A stretch of DNA of 64,000 nt. Origin: Williopsis jadinii (lineage: Eukaryota). Under the pieces are notes generated by a model. The model saw only the letters and a program-made list of their open reading frames with translations. It was not told the DNA's origin and ran no database searches. Below, one piece after another: positions 9,258 through 20,268 of the stretch (within the stretch, counting starts at the first letter, position 1; each line of letters opens with the position of its first letter). The DNA is taken from NCBI GenBank assembly GCA_024346625.1, contig AP024664.1:806001-870000 (forward strand), written 5' to 3'. The position numbers and the translations under genes are program-made.

Positions 9258-11828
9258 TTAACCGTGTAAAGTTGCCTTCATAATACCATAGCCAACTGTT
9301 ATAACAACAAAATAACAGAGGAAACTTGCAGGCACACCTCTAGTGATAAAATTAGTCACACTCAGATATCTATTACCCACCTCATCCGTCATACTGATGG
9401 CAGTGACGTTTGGGAAACCACTCGATGCAAGACCCATACCACAAGATGACAATAGAGCAGTTCCAAAGATCAAAATGGCAGTTGAGCTTTGAGCATTTGG
9501 TAAAGCTTCACCAATCTGCTGGACTAATGGAATGATGATGATAGCGGAAACTGTATGTGACACGAAGGTACCAATGACCAAGATCAGAATACCAAAGATG
9601 ATCAAGATAACATGAATAGAGTAATCACTGATACGACGTTGCAAAGCAGTTGCAATTGTGGCGAGTAATCCCGAAGATGAGACTGCTTTACCCAATGCTA
9701 GAGAACCCATTGCAAGAATAACAATAGACCATGGGAAGTTGTTGATATCAGAAGTTGCCAGTAATCCAGTTCCAAAGAAAAGAACCATTGGGAAAACTGC
9801 AATTAAACCAGCTGAACCGAATTCTGATTCTATCTGAGATTCAACACACCAAAGTATGATAGTACCAATGAAAACGAAAATGACATACCATTGCTTAATG
9901 GTTAATTTCTCTTTGATTGGTTTGTACTTCATCACTTTAGCATCGTTAATCTTAAACGTGAGAATTAGAAGAATCCAAACAAGGAACAACGCAACGATAC
10001 CCACTGGAATCGCAACACCCAACCACTGACCCCAGCCAACGTTATAATTGGCAAGGTATTCCATAGCAACGATGTTCTGTGGTGATGCAATAGGAGATGG
10101 CATACCTCCGATGTTAGAAGAGAGAGCAACACCCAGAATTAATGCCTTTGCAAACGGAGAATCAGTATCCAAAGTTCTGAGAACTCCTTGAATCAACGAA
10201 TAACATAAGACTGGACTTGCAACGTTAGAGATCCACATAGATAAGAAAAGTGCCACACCCATGATTGACAACAAGATGTTTCTAGGCTTTGTCCCTGCTC
10301 CTGCAAGAATCCAAGAGGCTGCAATCTTCGCAATGTTGTACTTGGACAAAGCAGCAGCTAACGTGAAACCACCGAGAAGCACCATGATAGTGGAAGACCA
10401 CATTTGTGATAGGATGTACGAAGAAGCATCAGCTGCGCCATAAACATTTCCTTCGCTGTCTTTGGAGACTTTGAACATAACAATCAAAAGAGGACATAAC
10501 AGAGAAGTAACAAACAGTGGGATAGCTTCAGTGGCCCACAGAAGTGCGACACAAGCTAACAAAGCCATACATCTATGCTGTGCCTCGTCGTGGAAAGTCT
10601 TCACACCAAGCAATATACCCGTGATTGTAATAATGATAGCCAGTTTATATGTTCTTGAAGTGTTGAGAAACTTTGGAATTTTGAAGTTTTCCCATTTAGT
10701 GAAGTACAAGTTCACCTTGTAGGGCAATGGCCAAGAATAGTACTCCAATTGGAATAACTCATTCTGTTGCGAGATGTTAGTCGTGGCACCTTTTAGATCA
10801 TTTGTACGGGCTTCCATTCCCAACATCTCCTTCCAGACAGTGGTACGCTCCCAGACTATAAGTTCCCGAAGGTACGATCTCAGTTCAGTTTTACAACCTT
10901 CTAAATCGTCCAAACGGCCCGTCAAAGAGGCATAAACTTCGATGAGGTTGTTGAGCTTGTTGTCCAAATGAGTAAGGGTGTTCAGCTGGAAAGTGTAAGA
11001 GTCTGTGAAGAACTCGTTGCTTTCGAACAAGCGATCTCTGATGTTGTCATTCAACAGCTTGTCGAATTTCTTCGCAATCTTGCTGAATCCGATTCTGTTC
11101 AGCTCAATGAAAGACTTCAACTGGGACAGATCAACAAACAACTGTGTCGTCTGCTTCTTCAGTGTGATCTTCTTCTGTGTCTTCATATTCAAGTCTGCAT
11201 CGCTGAGGAGTGCAGAGTTGTCGGAATGTGAACGGTCGTCATCATCTTCATCCTCGTCAAGTTCCATACGGGTTCTTGAAGACATGACATCACAGTAGTC
11301 GTTTTCGATATCCAAGTTGAACGACTTGGCAGCGTGGATAATCTCTTGTGCAACAGAGGACTTGTTACTGAGAACAGACTTGTTGTCATTCAGCAAATTA
11401 TCACGGTCAATGAGATGGATGCTTGAAATCTCTAGAGCCTGGATCAGTTCGTCGTACTGGATGTACAGCTCATGCTCCTGTGACTTGTAGAATTCGTCAA
11501 TCTTCTCCAGCTCCTCGGTCAGCTTCTCGAGAAACACATCCTCCGGGGTCAAGGTCGCCATGTCCTCGAGCTCAACAGTGGTGGTTTCCGTGGCATCCTT
11601 GCCCTTTCTCAGCCATTTCCTTGGGTGCGACGGGATATATCTTCTGGCAGCAGAGCTTGGCTCCGCCAATGAAGAGCTAGACGACTCCTTGGCCGCACTC
11701 GTTGACCCTGAACTCTCCAATTGCTTCGCCTGAAGCGAATAAATGAGCTTCTTCAGGCCCGGGTAATTGATATACTTGTCCTGCCATTCTGGCACAGAGT
11801 TATACTTCAGAGAGAGGGAGAACTTCAT
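9258..11828 (-). CDS. PHO87: SPX-domain low-affinity phosphate transporter (Pho87/Pho90-like, DASS family)
   Basis: N-terminal SPX 'MKFSLSLKYNSVPEWQDKYINYPGLKKLIY' and 'LNRIGFSKIAKKFDK'. Membrane domain 'WISNVASP', 'SPIASPQN' and 'SGFPN'. Confidence 0.9.
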   Translation of the reverse strand: MKFSLSLKYNSVPEWQDKYINYPGLKKLIYSLQAKQLESSGSTSAAKESSSSSLAEPSSAARRYIPSHPRKWLRKGKDATETTTVELEDMATLTPEDVFLEKLTEELEKIDEFYKSQEHELYIQYDELIQALEISSIHLIDRDNLLNDNKSVLSNKSSVAQEIIHAAKSFNLDIENDYCDVMSSRTRMELDEDEDDDDRSHSDNSALLSDADLNMKTQKKITLKKQTTQLFVDLSQLKSFIELNRIGFSKIAKKFDKLLNDNIRDRLFESNEFFTDSYTFQLNTLTHLDNKLNNLIEVYASLTGRLDDLEGCKTELRSYLRELIVWERTTVWKEMLGMEARTNDLKGATTNISQQNELFQLEYYSWPLPYKVNLYFTKWENFKIPKFLNTSRTYKLAIIITITGILLGVKTFHDEAQHRCMALLACVALLWATEAIPLFVTSLLCPLLIVMFKVSKDSEGNVYGAADASSYILSQMWSSTIMVLLGGFTLAAALSKYNIAKIAASWILAGAGTKPRNILLSIMGVALFLSMWISNVASPVLCYSLIQGVLRTLDTDSPFAKALILGVALSSNIGGMPSPIASPQNIVAMEYLANYNVGWGQWLGVAIPVGIVALFLVWILLILTFKINDAKVMKYKPIKEKLTIKQWYVIFVFIGTIILWCVESQIESEFGSAGLIAVFPMVLFFGTGLLATSDINNFPWSIVILAMGSLALGKAVSSSGLLATIATALQRRISDYSIHVILIIFGILILVIGTFVSHTVSAIIIIPLVQQIGEALPNAQSSTAILIFGTALLSSCGMGLASSGFPNVTAISMTDEVGNRYLSVTNFITRGVPASFLCYFVVITVGYGIMKATLHG

Positions 11829-12398
11829 AATAGACGGTGCACCTCTATAAGATGTTCACTAGTGAAAAGAGAAACAGGCGACGTTAACAAGTTTTATACC
11901 TGATGTGATAAATTTTCCTCCCTCTACAACTGCAAGGAGGCCGTTCATACGAGAGCGACTCACCCAGCATGAGGAAAAAAAGGCACAACTTGCATCCCAC
12001 GGCCACAGGACGACCCTTTTGGTGTACGATTCATCGCAAAAGGCAAACACCACCACGCATCTCTACGCATTAGTGAGCCGAGGACATTTTTCTTTACGAA
12101 CCGGTTCTTTATCTCCAGAGATCGTTTACAGTTTTAAGATCAAGACGTTCGATCAAGAGACGATGCTGCATTGTCAAGCCCAAGACTCAACCCTTTGACA
12201 CAATGCTTGGATTGTTTGAACCCTGTGCAGAGACATCTTGGGTAAGTCGTCACACGACAAGTTTCTTCGCCATGTCTTCTGCGATGAAAAGAAAAGGTGT
12301 GAGTGCGGGCGTCTGGGCTTCTTGGCCGAGACAAAGCGGTGCTTAGAGTTTGGACATGGCCCGTGGTGAGATGTGATTGGGTGGCAGTTATGGGAAGA

Positions 12399-12414
12399 GG
12401 GCCCACGTGGGCCC
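12399..12414. promoter_or_regulatory. Pho4-type E-box within the 16-bp palindrome GGGCCCACGTGGGCCC
   Basis: CACGTG with GGG flanks, ~570 bp upstream of the phosphate transporter ATG. Confidence 0.55.
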
Positions 12415-12522
12415 CGCTGACTCTGAGCGGTCGGTTTCCCCTTTGGGCCCAGAAAATAAAGTTTTAGTAAACGTTTCTTTTTCGGGCTCTTTCCCGGCTG
12501 GAGCATGTGGTGTCCGGGTGTG

Positions 12523-12550
12523 TATGCATGGAACAATTGTTCCATGCATA
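12523..12550. repeat. 28-bp perfect palindrome TATGCATGGAACAATTGTTCCATGCATA
   Basis: The sequence equals its own reverse complement (checked by hand). Confidence 0.95.
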
Positions 12551-12552
12551 TG

Positions 12553-12566
12553 GTTGCCATGGCAAT
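12553..12566. promoter_or_regulatory. RFX/Crt1 X-box-like element GTTGCCATGGCAAT
   Basis: 13/14 match to the X-box palindrome GTTGCCATGGCAAC. Confidence 0.5.
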
Positions 12567-12680
12567 ATGTTTCCAGCAAGCGGGGTCGTGGGCGTGCCAG
12601 TTGGCCTCGCACTGAGCGTTGCGCTACGGTAGGGTGAGGAGCATGCAAGTCTAGCGTATACATTCAAGCGTATACACAGG

Positions 12681-14343
12681 TTAATCCATCTTGTGAACAA
12701 TGTAGAACAATAAATATGCCTTGAGCTGGGAGACCTGGTCAACAGTTAACAATGTAACGACGCTGTCATCAAACCTGAACCATTGGCCCTGGTTGTTCTT
12801 GACGACAACGATGTAGTGGCCGGTGTTCACGGAACCGATGTGGCACACCACGGCAAACAGCTCGTACGTCAGCTCAGGGTCAAATCTGTTTGTTGTGGAG
12901 TATGATGATGAGAACTCGGACATGTTCATAAACATGGGGAATGAGATGAACTTCTCCAGCTTCACGCTCTGTGCGTTGTGTTCGAATCGTTTCAGCTGGA
13001 TTGCAAGTGTGTTGGGGAACTTCAAAATTGATAATCGCTTTGTAGCATTCGTCCGTGTGTGACACTTTGCACAGCTGTACTTTATATCGAGTTTCTCCTT
13101 TTTCGTGAAGTTACGGAAACAGGTCATCAAATCGTCGCTGTTCGTTATCCCCAATGAAATGTCGATGCAAGGGTCCACAGTACTCGTCACATTACCACAG
13201 TCGTCGCAGGTAATAGTACTTAGCAAATCGCTTGAAAATGTCTTGTGCAAGATACACGAGCAGTTTGAGTGGTGGTAATGGTGGTTTTTACCGTTTGAAG
13301 TGTCCTGGATGGAGAGTGCCTGGTGTAGCTGTTCAACCATAAACTGCCAAAACTCGTGTGCATCCTGTTCAGAGTACCCAGCGAGTGATTTATTTGCCCT
13401 CCACGCAGCGTTCAACAGAGATACTGGTCCGAATCCACAGGTCTTGTTCGAGGTGTAAAACTCTGTGAAGATCTCATCCAATGCACATGTGATGCATTCG
13501 TCTTTATTCTTCGGACACTCCAAATGGCCATCCGTCATAAAGTAATCTCTGATGATTGGGTTATGAATGAACGTTTGTAATACACTACTCATAAAACAAG
13601 TCGAGCCCATGTTAACAAAGCCTCGAAGTCCGGTGGTAGATTTGTAATTGACGGATCTCGAATACTTTGCAACAAGGTTGCTATCTATCGTCTCCTCCGA
13701 TACAGCTATTGGTAGATGGTTAGTGATCTAATCAAGAGAAACAAAGCATCGAATGTGATACGAAGATGACATACGTGATTTCAATGACATCTTGAGCCTC
13801 ATGCTTTCCAGTTCGGGGTGGGTTGTGTAATCACCACAGCTAAAACAAAACAAGTATCCCAACTCTCCATCGATTCCTTATCCGGTGGGATTGGTGTTAG
13901 TTAAAACGCACGTTATAGGAAAGAATGTTCACTGCAAACTCACCAAAGATATGGCCATGTTGTTTCGAATGGTGGACAAAATGCTTGCGCTTCCGGCATC
14001 CAACATGAGGGCATTGAACGCACATAAAGGTCCCGCCTATACATTCAGAGCACTCTTTGCATTTCAAAGCCTTTGACCTTAATTTCATGATTCTCGCACC
14101 GTCCAGCTTACCCTTCTCGGAGCCCTTGTTCTTCAACCGAGGCATCCTAAAGGAACTAATGTTGTTGAAATTTGACACCTTTACCGCCAGCCCATAGTTC
14201 CTCAACACGGTATCCTTTGCATTGGAGTTGAACACCTGTTTCAAATGCGCACACGGTTTAATCGACGCAAATGATACCTCGCACAACCTCGGCGGAGGTG
14301 ATGATGATGATGCCAGCGGTGGCGGCGAATCTTTTGACGACAT
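12681..14343 (-). CDS. UBP8: SAGA deubiquitinase Ubp8; 3 exons join(13944..14343,13775..13876,12681..13705), 508 aa
   Basis: ZnF-UBP 'FMCVQCPHVGC...HF..H' joins by splicing to 'GIDGELGYLFCFSCGDY' and then the USP Cys box 'GLRGFVNMGSTCFM', 'QDAHEFW' and His box 'GHY'. Exon lengths 400+102+1025=1527 nt keep the frame. Confidence 0.92.
13706..13774 (-). other. UBP8 intron 2 (69 nt)
   Basis: GTATGT donor, CACTAAC branch, TAG acceptor; restores the frame into the catalytic domain. Confidence 0.88.
13877..13943 (-). other. UBP8 intron 1 (67 nt)
   Basis: GTGAGT donor, AACTAAC branch, AAG acceptor; restores the ZnF-UBP sequence. Confidence 0.82.
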
Positions 14344-15369
14344 GTCCTCAGCTTGCTATAAGCCTATTCTCGTCTTGATCTCTCTCGCCAGAATGAACAG
14401 GATGAACAGGAAACCCCAACGTCTATGTCTCAGCACGGTGTTTTTCTCTACTTCTCTTTGCTCAACTATATCAGCAGTGCTCAGATGCCATGAACCAGTA
14501 CTTCTCTATAGCCAAATTGATCCCAGCAAGAACTGATCCCCAGCAAGTGATGGTGACAGGACGTCAAACGACAGAGCGGAACAGCACAGAGGAACAACGC
14601 CAGGCCACAGGCAGGGAAAAAAAACGACACACAGTGGGAAGCGAGCAAATCAGCGTCTCTCAAAAAACCCGGTGCAACTGAGCGTATTCAACTCCAATTT
14701 CACCAAACTGTGGATACGTGGTGATTGTGGGCAGTATCGACGTATTCTCAGCAGATCAAGTTGTTTGCTTAATGTGGAGGTGGTTGTTGCGATGGATGTT
14801 CCTCTTTTGATTTTGATGAGATTTACCGACTTTGAGAGCTGTGAAGGCGCACTTTGTACGAAAGATCAAAACGGGTAAAAAAGCGTCAGAGTTTGGGGGG
14901 ATGGGGTTTTCTTTTTTTTGGCTTTTGGTTTTGGTTCTGTGTGTTTTTGCGCGGGTTTTTGTGCCTTTCTGGTATGCGCACCTGATGGTTGCGCAAATAT
15001 TTTTAGCGCGATTTCCTGTTTGAGGTTCGTGGCGTGAGTTTACGCTGTGCTTGGTGGTGATTTTTGCTTCAATTAGTTCGTTTTGGAGTGATGAAAGGTG
15101 GTGCTCTTGGTCTCTGTTTGATATATTCCGGAAAGACCATGTTATAGACATCAAAGAAGTGCTCTGTTGGCGCAGAGTGGTATAGTCTTGTCTCCTGGAT
15201 GATCCAACGGTATGTCCTGACTGGCGAAAAACCGACCCAATTCGGAAATCAGATTTGTTAATTGCACGACACAGAGCAGAGAAGCAAAACACAAGCGATG
15301 AACAAAAGGAACTCAGCGTAAACAAACAACAACGCAAACCTCATCGTATTCCATCAGGATAGCTAATAA

Positions 15370-16128
15370 ATGTTCAAGAAGAGGGGTCTCAAGGGCAACA
15401 CCCGCTCTAAAGCTGTAAAACATGACTCTGACTCAAGCGAAGAGGAAAATGACCTTGTAGTGAGGAAGAAGACTAAAGTTGAAGATAGCCATGATGATGA
15501 TCAGCTGAAGGTCTCCAAAGCCTCTGATACACAGGCCCCAACGCTTACGAGGAACGAAATGGCTACAAAAGTTGACTTACTCAACCAGGAAATCATAGAC
15601 AGAGAGAGGTCTGAAAAAGAGCAACCCCGTCAAGAGCAGGATCACGCTGCGGACGATGGCACATACAAAGGGCAAAACGCCTACGCTAGCTTCCTTCCAG
15701 CTAAATCCAGCAAGATGGACAAGATCGGTCCAAAGAAGGCTTCTTCAAATATAAGGTCTACAACGGTTTTCGATTTCGCTAGAGATGAGTGTAAAGATTT
15801 CAAGGAAACAGGGTTCTGCGGTTATGGAGATAGCTGTAAATTTGTCCATGCCAGAGACGATTTCAAGGCTGGGTGGAAATTGAACAAGGATTGGGAACTA
15901 CTCACTCCGAAACAGGCAAAAATATTGGATACTGTGCCGTTCAAGTGCCCAATATGTAAACAGTCATACAAATCACCCATAAAGACCAAATGTGGACACT
16001 ATTTCTGTGAAGCATGTTTCTTAGCCCGTTGTAAAAAGACCACAAGCTGTTTAGTATGTGGGGAAAACACAGAGAAAGTGGCAATGCCAGCAAAGGACCT
16101 CAAGACTGTAATAGACACTGCAAATTGA
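15370..16128 (+). CDS. CWC24: Pre-mRNA splicing factor Cwc24 (CCCH + RING)
   Basis: 'CKDFKETGFCGYGDSCKFVHARDDFKAGWKL' and RING 'PFKCPICK...TKCGHYFCEAC...CLVC'. Confidence 0.95.
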   Translation: MFKKRGLKGNTRSKAVKHDSDSSEEENDLVVRKKTKVEDSHDDDQLKVSKASDTQAPTLTRNEMATKVDLLNQEIIDRERSEKEQPRQEQDHAADDGTYKGQNAYASFLPAKSSKMDKIGPKKASSNIRSTTVFDFARDECKDFKETGFCGYGDSCKFVHARDDFKAGWKLNKDWELLTPKQAKILDTVPFKCPICKQSYKSPIKTKCGHYFCEACFLARCKKTTSCLVCGENTEKVAMPAKDLKTVIDTAN

Positions 16129-16133
16129 CGGTT

Positions 16134-18762
16134 TCAATTATTGCCTCTCACTTGTGAATATAACGTTAGATCACTCTTAATCAGCTCTGTAATATCCTTT
16201 GTAATCGCATTCAATCTCTGGGGATCATGCTTGAAATACCGTTTCATTATCGTTTCATAACTCTCCAAAAAGGTGAGCTTGTTGATATACCTTTCCTCCC
16301 CGCTTGTTATGGGTTCCCTTGGGGGCGTTAACCTATCTACCCAAACGGCGTCATAAGTGTTATAACTGTTGTAGTACTGTTCAAGAATTCTTGTCCATGT
16401 CTTGAGGTCAGAGTCGTAGAGATAAACATCATTATTGTTCAGGAAAACAACAACTCGGTTATCAAGCAATTCAATGTCCAATAGTTTCTTGTTTTGCTCG
16501 CATTTTTTCCCAACAACTGTCTCGTCATAGTTCAAAATCGGTGCCAATGACACTTTCTTATGAAGTCTTCTACCTCTAATGATGTCGAAACAATGAACCA
16601 TATAGTCATCAGTTACTATCATTATAACGTTCTCCTTCGAAGTTATATGAGAAATGCTTGCACCAAGTTCAATTCTAGGCTGTAAGATCCTCCCACTCGG
16701 TGTAAACGTAATCAATGCCCCATTATCCGTGGCCAATGCCCAATATTTATCATATTGACCAGTGATGGCCAACACACGATCTGAAACATAGTGTTCAAAT
16801 ATGAGCTCTCCATCTTGATGAACAATTATAATACTTGGATCATCAGCGTTGTGTTCATCTTGGTTTAGAATCTCCATTGTAGAACGTTTGCGTTCATCGT
16901 TCATGTCATAGAGACATTTAACCATGATATTGCAATCATCCGGTGGTGTGCGTAATTTGAAGAGTCCGTTTTGCTTTGTCGTTAAACGACGACGTTTCGT
17001 GATCAGTTCTTCTGGTGTTTCAGCTTCTTCATACGCAATCTCATCACCTTCATCTTCCTCCTCCTCCTCGTTCATTGAGGTCTTCTTGATATAATATGGA
17101 TTCACAGCAGTTTGTACACCAAACTTCGGTAAGTTATAACTTGGCATTGAAAGCTTTCTCGTTACCTTCTCGTCCTTTAAATAAGTCTTTTTGGGGGTGA
17201 CCAAAGTACCAGATTGGAATTTGGAGTCATGGTTGATAGAATGCGACGATGTCGAAATGAGTGTCGGTGCAACTCTCTTCTTACCGTTCGTAACCACAAC
17301 TTTGTGTAGTTTCGTCTTATCCTGCAACTGTCTCTTAGTAACTTGTTTAGCTGAAGCTCTGTCCTCGGAATTGTGTTGTAACTTTGGGTAGTTTTGTTCC
17401 TGTTTCTTTGGTGTTGGTGATGAAGTGTTCTCCAGTCTTAGGAGTCGATCCATGTGCTTCTCGCTTAAAGTCTTACTAAATTCCTCTGACTTGTCTTCCA
17501 GTATTAACTGTTCTGTACTTTCAGGGAAAACCATGCTGTCCTTGTCCACACCATACTTGTTGAGTAACTCGTTATTCTTCTCTGAAGAGACAACAGTACC
17601 AAGCTCACCTTCTTCGAACCTTATTGCTGAGATGGTTCCATCAAGCGCACTGGCATAGAGGGTAAGTCCATCTGGACTCCAACAAAGATCAGTTATGGTT
17701 TTCATTGCAAACTCTTCGAAAACTGCAATGGCTCTTGAATAAGCATTGTCCCAAATGACCAGATTCTTGTCCTGTCCAGCGGTTGCCAATATAGATGTCA
17801 CTTTTTTGAGCTTACCATCATTAGGATCAGGTACCTCGTACAAGACAGGAGAGAAGCTTGCCACTTCACAGGGAGAATCGTGACCTATTAGAGAGATATC
17901 CGAATCCCAACTTCCTCTCGTGATGATAGCAACAGAGGTAACTGGTCCATTTGTTGCATTGGGTGCAGCTATGAACTGCCCATCTGGAGACCACGAGATT
18001 CTTCTGTAGTATGTTGTAAGTGGCGATTTTTTAAAAGGTTTCAACACTGTTCTTTCAATGGAGAAGGATATCTCAGAACCCTTGTGGTATCTGAATATTC
18101 TAACAGAACGATCGTCTGAACTGGTGGCAAAGTACTTGTTTGCAGGGTCAAACACCACGCCCTTCACATGAGATTGATGAACGTCAAATCTTTTAATCTT
18201 CTCAAAGGTGCTGCCGCTCCAAATGATGATCGATCTATCCAACCCCACGGATACCAATATACTCGAGTCCGGCGCCCATGCAATGTCCTCAATGTCGTTA
18301 TCGTGAGCCACCGCTCTTTTCGTGACTGTCCAGTGTTCAAGGTTCTGCTCTCCGAAAGCTGGTCTGTTCTCCTCATCTCTTTCCCATATCAACAGCACTT
18401 TATCGTCCGATCCAGTCGCTAAGAATCTACCATCCGGTGAAAACCTCACCACCGTCACTGCACCTGTGTGACGGGCCATGCTACACAGCGGTCGGCAGAT
18501 AGCATCATCACGTTTGGCCGTGGGGTCTCTGAATTTGAGAATATCCTTGGTGGACCATATACGGACGTTACCGTCCAGTCCTCCAGACGCTAAGCGCGAG
18601 CCATCTGGGCTTATAGAAACAGAGTACACCTCATGTTTATGAGATTCCTCTGGTGAGCCTCGACGTTAGTACACACACACAAATACGCATATAAGTATCA
18701 GCTGAGGACATGTCCGCCTACATACCACTGTGATTGAGCCAAGGAAGCTTGAGGATATACAT
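16134..18762 (-). CDS. HIR1: Histone chaperone/corepressor Hir1 (HIRA); join(18726..18762,16134..18649)
   Basis: Spliced N-terminus '[39 protein letters not shown]' resembles Hir1. WD40 repeats and the B-motif 'NGKKRVAPTLI' are present. Confidence 0.93.
18650..18725 (-). other. HIR1 intron (76 nt)
   Basis: GTATGT donor, TACTAAC branch, CAG acceptor; supplies the true ATG that the ORF track misses. Confidence 0.92.
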
Positions 18763-19845
18763 TGCACTGTGCTTGCCTTGTGACAGTCTCTAAACCGAGC
18801 CTCGTGGAAGTAGTTAGAGGGCCTCGGTTTGTTTTGATTTCCAAATCACCGGTAGGCGCCACATATACACATTTTCAGGATATTCCGAATTGCTGAGTGG
18901 CTTCTCCGCTGATTGAATATGTCACTTTAGCTTGGTGTAAAGCATCACCAACGCTTAGTTTGAGTGTGGAATTATGAAGGGTATCAGAGTCAGCAGTGGA
19001 CCGGATGCGTTTCAGCACATTCCGATGGGTCTCTGTGAGCCACCTACAAAGTGCTGTCCGTGGCATCTGTGTATCAGCGTGTGAATATCGTTCGCTCTCT
19101 ACCAAAGTCGCAAGTGCTTTGACAGGATTCGCTAGACGGCATGTAAACCCCAACATCAATGTTTCAGATTTGAGATTGATCGGCGCATTGGTTGATGGAG
19201 AGCAACGTTGCACGGGTTACGGGAGGTCTGGTGTCGGCTTAGTGCTTCATCCGGTTCTATAAGGATCTGCTTTACACGCCATGGACGAGACGTTACGCTT
19301 CGTAGAAGCGAATGAATGTGGACAAGAACCAGTGGGTTCTCGGCAGTTCACAGCAGAGGCGGATTATACACACACTCGAGCGCACCGCACGCAATTTCAC
19401 CGCTCGCAACTTCACCACACAGGCTCACGACGCCTATAGCTGACCCGTTTCAGCCCCGTAACAGCAGTAAGCTGATCCGTCTCTGTGGCTGCACTGTAAA
19501 GTGATGTCCCTACAAAATACCCACCATCTAATCTCACCGTCTGATGTGTTCAGACAGCGATGCAAGCGTAGGAAATAACCGGCAAAAGCGTCTCTCCACT
19601 GGTTCAAACTGCATGGAGGTTACACACCGCTTTGCTTACGTGGTTGGTGTTCCAGGAATGTCCAAAGCCTTCACACAACGTATGGGAATATACGAAGGAC
19701 GCTGTGGCCTGAAAGCAAGCGAGAGCCGAAAACACAGCTAAAACCCTGCGGCTAACTGCCAGAAAAAATGTGTGTAATTCTGGCGTTTTGTCTTAGTTCG
19801 TATGTGTCCTGTATGTATGTGTGTGTTTTTTTTTGGCATTCGTCC

Positions 19846-19929
19846 CTATTTTTAGCCCTGGGTAACCTGCAGTTTTTGTAAACCTGTTGCCCTGGCAGTT
19901 TAGAAGAAGCAAAGCCAAAATCTGAAACA
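19846..19929 (+). promoter_or_regulatory. Rlm1/MEF2 site CTATTTTTAG (19846-19855) and Ste12 PRE TGAAACA (19923-19929) upstream of the MAPK phosphatase
   Basis: Exact matches to CTA(W)4TAG and TGAAACA. Confidence 0.45.
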
Positions 19930-20268
19930 AAAATTGTGTAGTTCTGTCTCTCTTTTTATTTTTTGTTAATTGATCAATTAACGTATAAACAGAGCCTCTT
20001 CACAGACAACCAGAGTTTGCCCCTTTCGAAGCGTGTTGTTATAAGTGGCGTTCATAAGTGTTCTTGCTGTCATTCTCAAGGTCCCTCGTTGTGTGTGTTT
20101 TTGTTGTTCTGAGTTGGGCACCGTATTTCCCCGATTAGGTGGTTTTTTTGTCTGTCTCTGCTTTTGTCTCTGTCTTCTCCAGTACATTTGAACCTACCAG
20201 GTTTGTGAGTTTGTCCTGCCGTATTCGGAAGAGACGTGGTGGACATTTTTCAACCACAAGACAAGACA

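Noticed and set aside
14756..15337. 193-aa minus-strand ORF between UBP8 and CWC24
   Set aside because: Non-ATG start, low-complexity promoter-like DNA and no recognisable motif.
18875..19262. Overlapping 112-aa and 88-aa ORFs between HIR1 and the MSG5-like gene
   Set aside because: Non-ATG starts and no recognisable homology; cannot be supported.
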